This document shows, piece after piece, positions 8,475 through 19,659 of a DNA stretch of 20,000 nucleotides. A model generated the notes under the pieces. It was not told where the DNA came from. It ran no database searches and was given only the letters and a program-made list of their open reading frames with translations. Position 1 is the stretch's first letter, and each line of letters begins with the position of its first letter. The position numbers and the translations under genes are program-made. Source of the DNA: Chiloscyllium plagiosum (taxonomy: Eukaryota); contig NC_057754.1 in the NCBI RefSeq assembly GCF_004010195.1, positions 6,049,901 to 6,069,900 of the forward strand. Direction: 5' to 3'.

Positions 8475-8865
8475 AGGTGCATCAGAGGCTGAGGGGTGAC
8501 CTCAGAGGTTTATAAAATCAGAGGGGCCTGGGTAGGATAAATAGACAAGGTCGCTTCCCTGGGGTGGGGGAGTCCAGAATAAGAGGCCAAAGGTTTAACT
8601 TGAGAGGGGAAGAATTTAACATGGATTTGAGGGGCAACTATTTTTCTCCACTGAGGTTGGTGCGGGTATGGAATCTTCTATAAGGAAGTGAAGGATGTTG
8701 GTACAATTATACCATTTGGCATCAGGATGGGTATATGAATAGGAAGAGTGCAGAGTGATATGTGCCAAGTGTGGCAAATGGGTCCAGATTGGATTGGGAT
8801 ATCTGGTCAGCATGGATCAGTTTAACCAAAGGGTTTATTTTCATGCTGTACATCTCTACGGCTCT
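8475..8865 (+). mobile_element. 5'-truncated CR1 3' end
   Basis: gaggctgaggggtgacctcagaggtttataaaatc (LRGDL.EVYKI), through to tgctgtacatctcta. It is homologous to 10820-11200 and absent from the paralogous site near 14365. Confidence 0.85.
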
Positions 8866-9221
8866 GCCCTGTGATGAGCTTCATCAATCACAGTCAATGG
8901 ATCATTATCACAGAGCACAGGGGCTGGGGGCTATTCTGCCCATTGGGGCTGTATTCTCTCCCTCTGAAGATGGTGCCAGTCAATCCCAACTCACCTCACA
9001 TTTGGACATAGCCCTCCAAATCTTTCCTTAAAAATGTTAAATTTCAAATTTGTTTTGACAATAACTACTGAATCTGCATCCAGCTGTCTTTCAAACTGTT
9101 CCAGATGCTCAGAACTTAGTGAGCAAAATAATCTTCACATTTTTAACCTGCATTATTTGCCAGTTACCTGAAAATAGTTACTAAAAATTGTGACGTTAAA
9201 AATTTCTCACTCTGTCTCTCT
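8862..9221 (+). repeat. Direct paralog of 14369-14722
   Basis: ctctgccctgtgatgagcttcatc...ttgccagttacctgaaaatagttactaaaaattgtga aligns collinearly with 14369-14700. Confidence 0.9.
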
Positions 9222-9833
9222 NNNNNNNNNNNNNNNNNNNNNNNNNNNNNNNNNNNNNNNNNNNNNNNNNNNNNNNNNNNNNNNNNNNNNNNNNNNNNNN
9301 NNNNNNNNNNNNNNNNNNNNNNNNNNNNNNNNNNNNNNNNNNNNNNNNNNNNNNNNNNNNNNNNNNNNNNNNNNNNNNNNNNNNNNNNNNNNNNNNNNNN
9401 NNNNNNNNNNNNNNNNNNNNNNNNNNNNNNNNNNNNNNNNNNNNNNNNNNNNNNNNNNNNNNNNNNNNNNNNNNNNNNNNNNNNNNNNNNNNNNNNNNNN
9501 NNNNNNNNNNNNNNNNNNNNNNNNNNNNNNNNNNNNNNNNNNNNNNNNNNNNNNNNNNNNNNNNNNNNNNNNNNNNNNNNNNNNNNNNNNNNNNNNNNNN
9601 NNNNNNNNNNNNNNNNNNNNNNNNNNNNNNNNNNNNNNNNNNNNNNNNNNNNNNNNNNNNNNNNNNNNNNNNNNNNNNNNNNNNNNNNNNNNNNNNNNNN
9701 NNNNNNNNNNNNNNNNNNNNNNNNNNNNNNNNNNNNNNNNNNNNNNNNNNNNNNNNNNNNNNNNNNNNNNNNNNNNNNNNNNNNNNNNNNNNNNNNNNNN
9801 NNNNNNNNNNNNNNNNNNNNNNNNNNNNNNNNN
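9222..9833. other. Assembly gap (612 N)
   Basis: Run of n characters. Confidence 1.
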
Positions 9834-10126
9834 GAAGTCCGGCCCTGATTTGCTTTTCCAAAATGCAGAACCTCACATTTATCAAAATTAAACTTCATCT
9901 GCCACTCCTCAGCCCATTTGATCGGAGTCTCATTGTACTCTGAGGTAACTTTACTGTCCACTGCACCTCAAATTTTGGTGTCTACTGTAAACTTACTAAC
10001 CATAGCTCCTATATTCACTTGGAAATCATTGATATAAATGACAAAAAGCAGTGGACCCAGCACCCAGCCTGACAGCATTTTGCTCACCACAGGCTTCCAG
10101 TCCTAAAAGCACCCACCACCAAGACA

Positions 10127-11200
10127 CTGACTGCTCAGCAAGGTTAGAGCTCAGGGAATACAGGGAGAACTAGACAATTGGGATCCAGAACTGGCTCAAA
10201 GGCAGAAGACAGGGGGTGGTGGTGGAGGGTTGATTTTCAGACTGGAGGCCTGTAAGCAGTGGAGTGCCACAAGGGTCGGTGCTGGATCCACTATTTTTCG
10301 TCATTTATATGAATGACTTGGATGTGAACATAGCAGGTATAGTTAGTGAGATGACACCAAAGTTGGAGGTGTAGTGGACAGTGAAAACAATTACCTCAGA
10401 GTACAACGGGATCTTGATCAGATGGGTGAATGGGCTGAGGAGTGGCATTTAGGGAAATCAAATCTTAGCAGGACTTATACACTTAATGGAAAGGTCCTGA
10501 GGAGTGTTCCTGAACAAAGAGACCTTGGAGTGCGGGTTCATAGCTCCTTGAAAGCCACAGGTAGATAGGATAGTGAAGGCGGCATATGGTTAGAACATTA
10601 AGTACAGGATTTGGGAGGTCATGTTGTGGCTGTACAGGGCATTGGTGAGGTCACTATTGGAATATTGCGTACAAATCTGGTCTCCTTCATATTGGAAGGA
10701 TGTTGTGAAACTTGAAAGGGTTCAGAAAAGATTTACGAGAAAGTTACCAGGATTGGAGGATTTGAGCTCAGCTGGGGGTTGAATAGATTTTGAATAGATT
10801 GGGGCTATTTTCCCTGGAGCGTCAGAAGCTGAGAGGTGAGCTTATAGAGATATATAAAATCATGAGGGGTATGGATAGGATAAATAGACAAAGTCTCTTC
10901 CCTGGGGTGGTGGATCCCAGCACGAGAGGGCATAGGTTTAGGATGAGAGGGGAAAGACTTTAAAGAGAGTTGTGGGGAAACGTTTTCACAGAAGGTGGTA
11001 CGTGTATGGAATGAGCTGCCAGAGAAAATGATGGAGGCTGGACGAATGCAACATTTATAAGGCATCTTGATGGGTATATAAATAGCAAGGATATGGGTCG
11101 GGTGCAGGCAGGTGGGACTACATTGCGTTGGGATATCTGGTCAGCATGTACTGGTTGGACCGAAGGGTCTCTGCTTCTGTGTTGTACATCTATGACTCTT
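10127..11200 (+). mobile_element. 5'-truncated CR1 (RT core to 3' tail) inserted antisense into another CR1
   Basis: [22 protein letters not shown], a damaged (F)ADD motif (gagatgacaccaaa), LVRSLLEYCVQIWSP, and a ...tctatgactct tail. Confidence 0.92.
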
Positions 11201-11483
11201 TGATCTTCCAACCAATTTTGTATCCAAATAGCTAGTTCCGCCTGTATTCTATGGTGTTGAACTTGCTAACCAGTCTGTTATGTGGAACCTTGTGTCTTTC
11301 TCAAGTCCAAGTTAATGACTTCCATGCACAAAGCATGCTGACTATCCCTAATCTTTTCTTGCCTTTCCAATGACATGTAAATCCTGTCCCTGTAAATTCC
11401 TCCCAACAACTTGCCTGCCACTGACTTCAGGCTCACCGGTCTATAGTTCCCTGGCTTTTCCTTACTACCTTTCTCAAATAATG

Positions 11484-11619
11484 ATTTGGAGATGCCAGTG
11501 TTGGACTGGGGTGTACAAAGTTAGAAATCACACAACACCAGGTTATAGTCCAACCGGTTTAATTGGAAGCACACTTCCAATTAAACCTGTTTGACTATAA
11601 CCTGGTGTGTGATTTTTAA
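11484..11619. mobile_element. Fold-back mini-insertion (PLE terminus-derived) with 15-bp flanking direct repeat
   Basis: CTTTCTCAAATAATG at 11469-11483 and 11620-11634. The arms 11517-11569 and 11574-11623 are reverse complements around a 4-nt loop. Confidence 0.85.
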
Positions 11620-12284
11620 CTTTCTCAAATAATGGCACCCATCTTCCAGCACCTTGTCTGTGGCAATCGATGATACAAATATCTCAGCGAGGGGCCCAGC
11701 AATCACTGCCCAGGTTTCCCACAAAGTTCTGCGGTACACTTGCTCAGATTCCTGGGAGTTATCACCTTTCTGCTTTTTAAGACATCCAGTACCTCCTCCA
11801 CTATAATATGAAGAATTGCAAAGTTATCACTATTTATTTCTCCAAACTCTCTCGCTTCCATATCATCTTCCAGTAAAAACTGATGTGAAATACTTACAGG
11901 ATCTCTCCCACCGCCTGCGGTTCCATAGACAGCCTTACTGATTTTTGAGGGTTGCTATTCTCTGCCTGGTTACTCTTTTGTCCATAGTATATTTGTCGAA
12001 TCTCTTTAGATTCTCCTGAAATCAATTTCCCAAGCTATCTCATGTCCTCTTTTTGCTCTCCTGGTTTCCCGAGAGTATACTCCTCTAGGGAGTCACACAA
12101 ACACAGCTCTCCATACCTGCCATATCCCTCCTTCATTTTCCTGACCAGAGTCTCAATTTCTCTAATCATGCAGCATTCTTTACACCTACCAGCCTTGGCC
12201 TTAACAGGAAAATACTGTGTCTGTACTCACATTATCACAGGCCTATGGAGGCATTGGCAGATGTGGACATCAAAACAATCAATC

Positions 12285-12903
12285 ATTCTCAGTTAAGAGG
12301 TACTGTTGAAAAAGCTAAGAGCCCAAAGGTAGATGAGTCTCCTGGCCCTGATAGAATGCATCCCAGAGATTGCGGGGGGAAATAGCAAATGCTCTTGTGA
12401 TTATTCACTAAAATTTGTTTGACTCTGGGACAGTTCCGACAGATTGGCAAGCTGCAAACGTGATGCCACTTATTCTAAAAAAATGCATTGGGTGCTGGTG
12501 AGGCCACACCTGGAGTATTGTGTACAGGTTTGGTCTCCTCACTTCTGCAATGATGTTCTGGCACTGGAGGGAGTGCAGATGAGTGTCACTAGTTTGGGCC
12601 TGGAGTTGAGAGGGTTGGTGTATGTGGAGAGATTTAGGACTGAGTTCAGGAGGAACTTCTGCAGCTAAAGGGTTGTGAATCTGTGGAATTTGCTGCTGAG
12701 TAAAGCAGCTGAGGCTTTCGTCTTGAATGTCTTTAAGGCAAAAGGTAGATTTCTGAACAGGAAAGCAATTAAGGGTTACAAGTAAGAGCAGGAAAGCGGA
12801 GCTGAGGCCATGAAAAGATCAGCCCTGGTCTTACTGAATGGCAGAGCAGGCTTGAGGGGCCAGATTGCTTACTCCTGCTCCTCTTCCTTATGTTCTTATG
12901 TTC
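12285..12903 (+). mobile_element. Internally deleted CR1 ORF2 and 3' end
   Basis: ESPGPDRMHPR, LVRPHLEYCVQVWSP, RTEFRRNF, and a ttcttatgttcttatgttc tandem tail. Confidence 0.85.
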
Positions 12904-13057
12904 CCCCTTTCCAGCCATCCCTTTCCCTGGAAATAACTTCCCGCAAACAAATTTTGCAAGTTCTTACCTTGTGCCATCGAAATTGTCCAATTTAGAAGGC
13001 TACCTATTAGATCTGGTCTATTATTTTCTGTAACTATTTTAAAGCTAGTAGAATTAT

Positions 13058-13285
13058 CAGAGAATCCAGACAGCGTGGAAGCGGGCCATTCAGCCCATCA
13101 CACCCACACTGAACATCAGAGCCTTCTACCCTACCCCTATAACGTTGCAATTCCAATGAGCAATCCACCTGGCCAGCACATCCCTGAACACTATGGGCAA
13201 TTCAGCCTGGAGAACCCACCCATCCTACACATCTTTGGACTATGGGAGGAAACCAGAGCAACCAGACAAAACCCAAGCAGACAAC
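13058..13285 (-). mobile_element. HE1/V-SINE-like element, partial
   Basis: cacatccctgaacactatgggcaatt...cacatctttggactatgggaggaaaccagagca, same family as 6190-6380 and 18969-19165. Confidence 0.78.
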
Positions 13286-13289
13286 CACA

Positions 13290-14320
13290 ACAAGGTGATC
13301 ATCTCTTTCTTATTTCCCAGTTCCATCCAAATAACTTCACTGGAAATACTCCCAATAATATCCTCCCTGAGCACAACCATAAAGGTATCCCTAATCCAAA
13401 ACGCCATTCTGCCTCGTCTCATCCCTCTTTCTATCCTTCCCATTGCATCTATACCTATCCATCACTGAGCCACGTTTCTGTAATATCCATGAGATCCCAG
13501 TCCCATGTTCAAAACCAAATCCTCAGCTCATCTGCCTTCCCTGTCGGGCCTCTTGCAGTGAAACTGCTCTGTCCCACCTCGTTCTGTGCCTTGCCCTTGC
13601 CTGCCTTGACTGTCTATCTTCTCAACTGTATCAGCCTCAGACATACCTCTTCTCTCACTATCTCTTTAGGTTTACCCCCTACTCTCTCACTGGTTGAATG
13701 CCTCCTGAGTAGCACTAGCAAATCTCCCTGCCTGGATATTAGACACCTTCCAATTCAGGTACAATCCATCCTTCTTATGCACGTCAATTCTACCCCAGCA
13801 GAGATTCCAATGATCAAAACATAGCAATCCTTCTCCCTGCACCAGAGCCTTAGCCACACATTCATCTGCTCTATCCTGCTGTCCCTAATCTCACTAGCAT
13901 GTGCCACAAAGAGTAATCCAGATATTACTACCCACGAAGACCTACTTTTTATCCTCCAGGATAATGTGCTATATTCTCTCGTCAGGACCTCATCCTTTCC
14001 TCTTCCGATGTCATTGGTATTAATGTACAATGAGCTCCCACTGATCATACTCCCTTTTGAGAATACTCTGCTCCCTGCCCGAGACATCCTTGTCCCTGGC
14101 ACCAGGGAGGCACCACCCATTCTGATGTCTCACTGTCAGTTGCAGAACTGGCAGTCTGTGCCCTATACCAGAGAATCTCCGATCACCATTGATCACCAGG
14201 AACCTCATTTATCTCACATTACATTGGAGCCAGTCTCTGTACCCGTACCTTGCTTGTCAGTGCGATATGCCCCTGAGAGGGTGACCTCCGACGCTATTCG
14301 AAACAGTGTACTTGTTTGAG
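13290..14320 (-). mobile_element. CR1 5' part: ORF1 esterase-like domain and start of the ORF2 APE endonuclease
   Basis: WCLPGARDKDVSGREQSILKRE, INTNDIGRGKDEVLTREY...VVISGLL...MNVWLRLWCRE (ORF1), and ISSEVIWMELGNKKEMITL (endonuclease). Confidence 0.9.
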
Positions 14321-14722
14321 ATCAATGAGCCGGGCCCCATTCTGAGGTAAGTGGTGGGATCCTCCCTCTCTCTGCCCAGTGATGAGCTTCATCATTCATA
14401 GTGAATGGGGCAGTATCACAGAGCACAAGGGCTGGGGGCTATTCAGCCCATTGGGTCTGTACTCTCTCCCTCTGGAGATGCTGCAAATCTGTCCCAACTC
14501 CCCTCTCACTTGCCCAAAGCCCACTAAGTCTTTCCTTAAAAAGTAAAATTATAAATCTGTTTGAGAACACCTGCTGAATCTGTGTCCAGCTGCCGTTCAG
14601 CCTATTCCATGTGCGCAGAACTTACTGAGTGAAATCATGTTCCCATTTTCACTTTGCATTATTTGCCAGTTACCTGAAAGTAGTTACGAAAAATTGTGAT
14701 CATACTAACAATTCCTCTCTCT
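14321..14722 (+). repeat. Paralog of 8430-8474 plus 8862-9221 (CR1-free allele of the site)
   Basis: gccccattctgaggtaagtggtgggatcctccc runs almost directly into ctctgcccagtgatgagcttcatc. In the other copy these two parts are separated by the 8475-8865 CR1. Confidence 0.85.
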
Positions 14723-14849
14723 CTGCAAATTAATTGTTTGGAAACAAATCTGCACCTGGTCCAAATCACTGCTTAACCGTCTCAGCTCCAAGGACAATTA
14801 TCTGTGCTTCTACAGCTCTCCACAAAAGAGGAACACATCTTAATTTATT

Positions 14850-16255
14850 AGTGCCATAGGGATGGACAGCACAGAAACAGACCTTCGGTCCAATTCGTTC
14901 ATGCCGACTCGGAATCCTAAACTACTGGAGTCCCATTTGCCAGCTATTGGGCCCTATCCCTCAAAATCATCCCATTCACGGATGTCTTTCAAATGTTGTT
15001 ATTGTATCAGTCTCCTCTACTTCATCTGGCAGCTCCTCCCATACACACACCACACTCCGCTTGAAATCATTGCCCCTTAGATCCCTTTTAATTCTTTGCC
15101 CTCTCAACTTAAGCCCATGAGCTCTTGTTTGGACCCATTTCACCTGGGGGGAAAAGACCCTGGCTGTTCACCATATCCATGTCCCTCATGATTTATAAAT
15201 CTCCATAAAGTCACCTCTGTCTTTGACTCTTCAGGGAAAATAGCCCCAGTCTCTCCCTGTAGCACAAATCCTTCAACCCTGGCAACATTTTTGCAAATCT
15301 TGTCTGACTTCTTTCAAATTTCATAACATCCTTCCCAAAACAGGGATATTCGAACTGAAAGCAGAATTCCTGAAATGGCTTAATCAATGTCCTGTGAAGC
15401 CACAATATGACATCCCGGCTTCCGTATTCAATGCATTGACAAATAAATATAAGCATACCATACACCACCTTCACTAGTCTGCTGACCTGCGACTCTACTT
15501 TCAAGGAAGAATGAACCTGAACTCCAAGGTCTCTTTGTTCAGCAACACTCCCCAGGACTTTACCATTAAGTGCATACATCCTGTCCTGATTTGCCTTTCC
15601 AAAATACAACAGCTCACATATATCTAAATTAAACTCAGTCTGCCATTTTTCATTCCAATGGCCCGTCTGATCAAGATCCTGTTGTATTCTGAACTAACTT
15701 TCTACACTGCCCACTACCCCTCCAAGTTTGGTGCCTTCTGACCATATCTCATATATTCACATCCAAGTCACTTATTGAAGGCCCCAATATCCATTGCTGC
15801 AGCACACTGCTGCTCACAGGCCTCCAGTCCACAAAGCAACCCTCCATCACCACTCTCTGTCTCCTACCTTCAAGCCAGTTTTGTATCCATATGGCTCGTT
15901 CTCCCAGCATTCCATGTTATCTAACCTTGCTAACCAGTCTGCTATGTGGCACCTTGTTCAATGCCCATGGAGACAACGTTCACAGGCTGCCATCAATCAT
16001 CTTTGTCACATCTTCAAGAAAAAAAATACTCAAGTTAGTGAGACACGATTTTGCACAAACAAAGCCACTTTAACTCTTCTTCAGCATTTCCAAATACACG
16101 TATATTCTGTCCCTCAGAATCCCTTCCAACAACTTGCCTGCCACTGACTTCAGGCTCACTGTTCTCTTGTTCCATGGCCTTTCTTTACCACCTTTTTAAA
16201 CATAATGGCACCTCACCTGTCGCTATCAATGTTACAAATATCTCAGGAGAGGCCA
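14850..16255 (-). mobile_element. CR1 ORF2 RT to 3' end, decayed
   Basis: FGKANQDRMYALNGKVLGSVAEQRDLGVQVHSSLKVESQV...ERLGLFSL. Confidence 0.9.
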
Positions 16256-16349
16256 AAAATCTTAAAGGAGGACAGAGGGGGTTAGGGAGGATATTCCAGA
16301 GGTTTGTGTTCTTGGCAGCTCCAATTGTGGAGTGATGTAAGTTGGGAAT

Positions 16350-16840
16350 AGCTGTCAATTAGTGGTTAATCGTGGGTAGTGTGTAATGGCAGGCAATGTG
16401 ATAACAATGTGTGTGAGTTAAGGTTGGAGGGGTGGGGTTCAAGGGCAGTGGTGTGGGAAGTAGAGGAGATACACTGGAGGGCATTGTTGACCACATGAAA
16501 GGGGAAATTGCGGTCCTTGAAATATGGTCCATTTGGTATGTTCTGGAGTGTTCTGCCAGCTTGCATCAAGCTTCACTGGAACACTGCACCGAAGCATGAG
16601 ACAGATGTTGGCCAGGGAACACGCTCATGTGTTAAAGTGGCAGGCAACCGGGAGCTCAGGGTCTTTTTTGGCCTGAGAGGGAGCACAGATTGATCCAAAT
16701 TCCACTTCATTCTTTTGTAGGAACTGTCAGATTTAGTTCCAATCACCCACTTCATAATGTTAACCTGTAAACTCCTTATGGACTCAAATCCTAGCACCTT
16801 TTCAGGTGGAATGCTCCAGATTCTGATAACTCTGTTCATT
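16350..16840 (-). repeat. Inverted paralog of 5340-5525 + 6567-6820 + 7838-7910
   Basis: The reverse complement reads the three segments in the same order. It includes the same PLE/PLE junction (agctggcagaacactccagaacataccaaatgg). Confidence 0.85.
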
Positions 16841-18440
16841 GAGAAAAAGATGCCCTAAGGTCCCTTTTAAATCTTTTCCCTCTCATCTTAAGCCTGTGTC
16901 CTCTAGTTCTGAACCCACACAACCTGGGAAAAAGGCTCTGACTGCTCACCTTATCCAGGTCCATCATGATTTTATAAACATTTATAAGGTCACCTCTCAG
17001 TCTCTAACTCTCCAGGAAAATAGTCCCAACCTATTCAGGATTTCCCAATAGCTCAACCCGTCCAACCCTGGCAAAGTCCTTGCAAACCTTTTCTGAAACC
17101 TTTGAAGTTTCACAACATCATTCCGAGAACAGGGAGATTGGAACTGAAAACAGAATCCCAGAAGGGCATTAATCAATGTCCTGTACAACCACAATATGAC
17201 GTCACAACAGCTGTATTCAATGCATTGACCAATAACGGGGAGTGTACCAAACACTACATTCACTACCCCGCCTACCTGTGACTCGACTTTCAAGGAACTA
17301 TGAACCTGGACTCCAAGGTCTCTTTGTTCAGCAATGCTCCCCAGACCTTACCATTAAGTGCACAAGTCCTGCCCTGATTTGCCTTTCCAAAATCCAACAG
17401 CTCACGTTTATCTAAATTGAACTCCATCTGCCATTCCTTGCGCCATTGACCCATCTGATCAAGATCCTGTTGTATTCTGAACTAACCTTCTTCACTGTCC
17501 GCTACACCTCCAATTTTGGTGCCTTCTGTAAACCTACTGACCATACCTTACACATTCACATCCAAGTCAATTATTTAAGGACCCAATATCGATCCTTGTA
17601 GCACACTGCTGCCCACAGGCCTCCAGTCCGCAAAGCAACCCTCCATCACCACCCTCTGTCTCCTACCTTCAAGCCAGTTTTGTATCCAAATGGCTTGTTC
17701 TCCCAGCATTCCGTGTTATCTAACCCTGCTAACCAGTCTGCTTTGTGGAACCTTGTTGAATGTCCACATAAACAACATTCACCGCCTGGCTTCACCAATT
17801 TTCTTTGTCACTTCAAAACATTCCGTTAAGTTAGTGAGACACGATTGTGGCTTTGTACATGCACATCGACTCTCCCTAATCATTCCTTACCTTTCCTAAT
17901 AGATGGATATCCTGTCCCTCAGAATCCCTTCCAACAACTTGCCTGCCACTGACTTCAGGTTCTCTGTTCTCTTGTTCCATGGCCTCTCCTTACCACTTTT
18001 TAAAATAATGGCACCTCACCTGTCGCTATCAACGATACAAATATCTCAGGAGAGGCCCAACAATCACTTCTAGATTTCCAGAAAGTTCTGGGATACACCT
18101 GATTAGGTCCCAGGACTTTATCAACCTTGATGCCATTTCAGACATCCAGTACCACCTCCTCTGTAACATGGATACTTTTCAAGTTCTCTCTGTTTATTTC
18201 TCCAAACTCTTGAGTTTCCATATCCTTCTCCAGTAAAAAATGACATGAAATATTCACATATCTTTCCCACTCCCTGTGGTTCCATAGACGGCCTTGTTAA
18301 TCTTTAAGGGGTCCTATTATCTGGTCCAGTTAATCTTTTGTCTTAGATAAATGTATTTAATCTCGTTGGATTTACTTAAACCAGTGCCTGGAGCTATTTC
18401 ATGTCTTCTTTTTGCTCTCCTGATTTCCCTAAAGTATAAA
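16841..18440 (-). mobile_element. CR1 ORF2 remnant, duplicate of 15060-16255
   Basis: KVESQVGGVVNVVFGTL...LNRLGLFSW. It shares idiosyncratic junctions with 15060-16255, e.g. taatggcacctcacctgtcgctatcaa. Confidence 0.9.
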
Positions 18441-18449
18441 AGCATGATC

Positions 18450-18968
18450 CTGTACTCCCAATTCCTCTGTCTCTGACATATCTGCTCCCAGGAGGAGCAA
18501 TTCCACCCCAGGACATCCCAGAAAGGCCTCCTACAATTTCCCTCTCACTTGATCAACAATTCCCTCCAATGCATACCCTCCACTTCCCACACCTCCACCT
18601 TTATCCCACCACTTCAACCACCATAAGATTATAACCTTGCAGTCTTCACCTTCCACTCCACTAATCTCCAGATACAGTGCATTAACCTCTGTTATTTCTG
18701 CTACCTAAAGTCGGATCCCACCACCACAGACATATTTCCCTCTCCATCCCTATCTGCGTTACATGGAGACCATTCCCTCGGCAACCCTCTTGTTAGGCCC
18801 ACCCCCTCCCACCAACCCATGCTCCACACCCTCGACCCTCCCTTGCTGCCACGGGAGATGTAAAACATGCGGCCACACCTCCCTCTGACCTCTGTCCAAG
18901 ACACGAAAAGGATCTTTTCACATCAGGCAGAGATTTCTCCGCACATCCCAAAACCTCATCTACTGCAT
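18450..18968 (+). mobile_element. PLE fragment (RT C-terminus/linker)
   Basis: YSQFLCL*HICSQEEQFHPRTSQ matches PLE 'YSQFLRLRRICS'. It is collinear with 6691-7150. Confidence 0.82.
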
Positions 18969-19165
18969 CTGGACACTATGGGAAATTTAACGTGGTTCAT
19001 CCAACTAACCTACACATCTTTGGACTGTGGGAGCAAACTGGAACACCCGAAGGAAACCCTCAGACACTGGGGAGAACGTGCCAACTCCAACACAGAGTCG
19101 CCAGAGGCTGGAATCAAACCCAGGTCTCTGGTGCTGAGGAAGCAGCGCTAACCACTAAGCCACAA
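18969..19165 (-). mobile_element. tRNA-derived HE1/V-SINE-like element, 5' half
   Basis: The minus strand has an A box (TGGCTTAGTGG) and a B box (GGTTTGATTCC), followed by the V-domain-like ttctccccagtgtctgagggtttccttcgggtgttccagtttgctcccacagtccaaagatgtg. Confidence 0.85.
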
Positions 19166-19239
19166 TACTGTGGGATCTTTGGTGCTAATGTGCTGCCCCA
19201 CTGATACCTCAATCACTCACCCTGCCTCATGTCCTAAGA

Positions 19240-19625
19240 GGCAGCGATGACGGAGTGAAATTATCGCTAGACAATTAATCCAGAGACCCAGATAACGTTC
19301 TGGGGACCTGGGTTTGAACCCCATCACTGTAGATTTTGGAACGTGAATTCAATAAATATCACTGTAGATTTTGGAACGTGAATTCAATAAATATTTAGAA
19401 AAATTAATTTTGTGACGACAATAAATCCATTGTCAATTGTTGGGAAATCCCATCTGGTTCACTCACGACCTTTAGGGAAGGAAAATGCAATCCTTACCTG
19501 GTCTGGTCTGCATGTGACTCCAGACCTATAGCAACGTGGTTGATTCTTAACTTCCCTCTGGTTAAACAAAGCAATAAATGCTGGCCGAGCCAGTGACAGC
19601 CTCATCCTGTGAATGAATAAAGAAA
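19240..19625 (+). mobile_element. tRNA-derived SINE of a second family
   Basis: B-box-like gggtttgaaccc (~19310), a body cccatctggttcac...tttagggaaggaaa...gtgactccagacc that I recall as a common shark SINE, and an A-rich end (gaatgaataaagaaaa). The exact family is not determined. Confidence 0.7.
19323..19392 (+). repeat. Perfect 35-bp tandem duplication
   Basis: atcactgtagattttggaacgtgaattcaataaat occurs twice (19323-19357, 19358-19392). Confidence 0.97.
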
Positions 19626-19659
19626 ACAGGTCAGGTTTTGTTCCTTCTCTAGTAGGTAC

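Larger units (their letters stand above)
9834..12280 (-). mobile_element. CR1 ORF2 (RT region) remnant split by insertions at 10127-11200 and 11484-11619
   Basis: KWAEEWQMKFNFDKCEVLHFGKANQGRT is the CR1 'W...WQM.FN..KC.V.H.G' motif. The element resumes at ~11205 and is collinear with 15580-16250 and 17365-18430. Confidence 0.85.

Noticed and set aside
9164..9961. The three long ORFs of 229-265 aa
   Set aside because: They are artefacts of reading through the N gap. The only meaningful part is a CR1 RT motif.
13075..13824. 249-aa ORF
   Set aside because: It is antisense read-through of a SINE and CR1 ORF1/ORF2, with no domain signal of its own.
16350..16840. Spliced retrocopy explanation for the two missing blocks
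   Set aside because: The junctions lack GT-AG on either strand, show microhomology instead, and there is no poly(A) tail.
19100..19165. tRNA gene
   Set aside because: A and B boxes are present but run straight into a SINE body, and no full cloverleaf is evident.
19323..19392. CRISPR-like 35-bp repeats
   Set aside because: Only two adjacent copies with no spacer, no cas genes, and a vertebrate repeat context.
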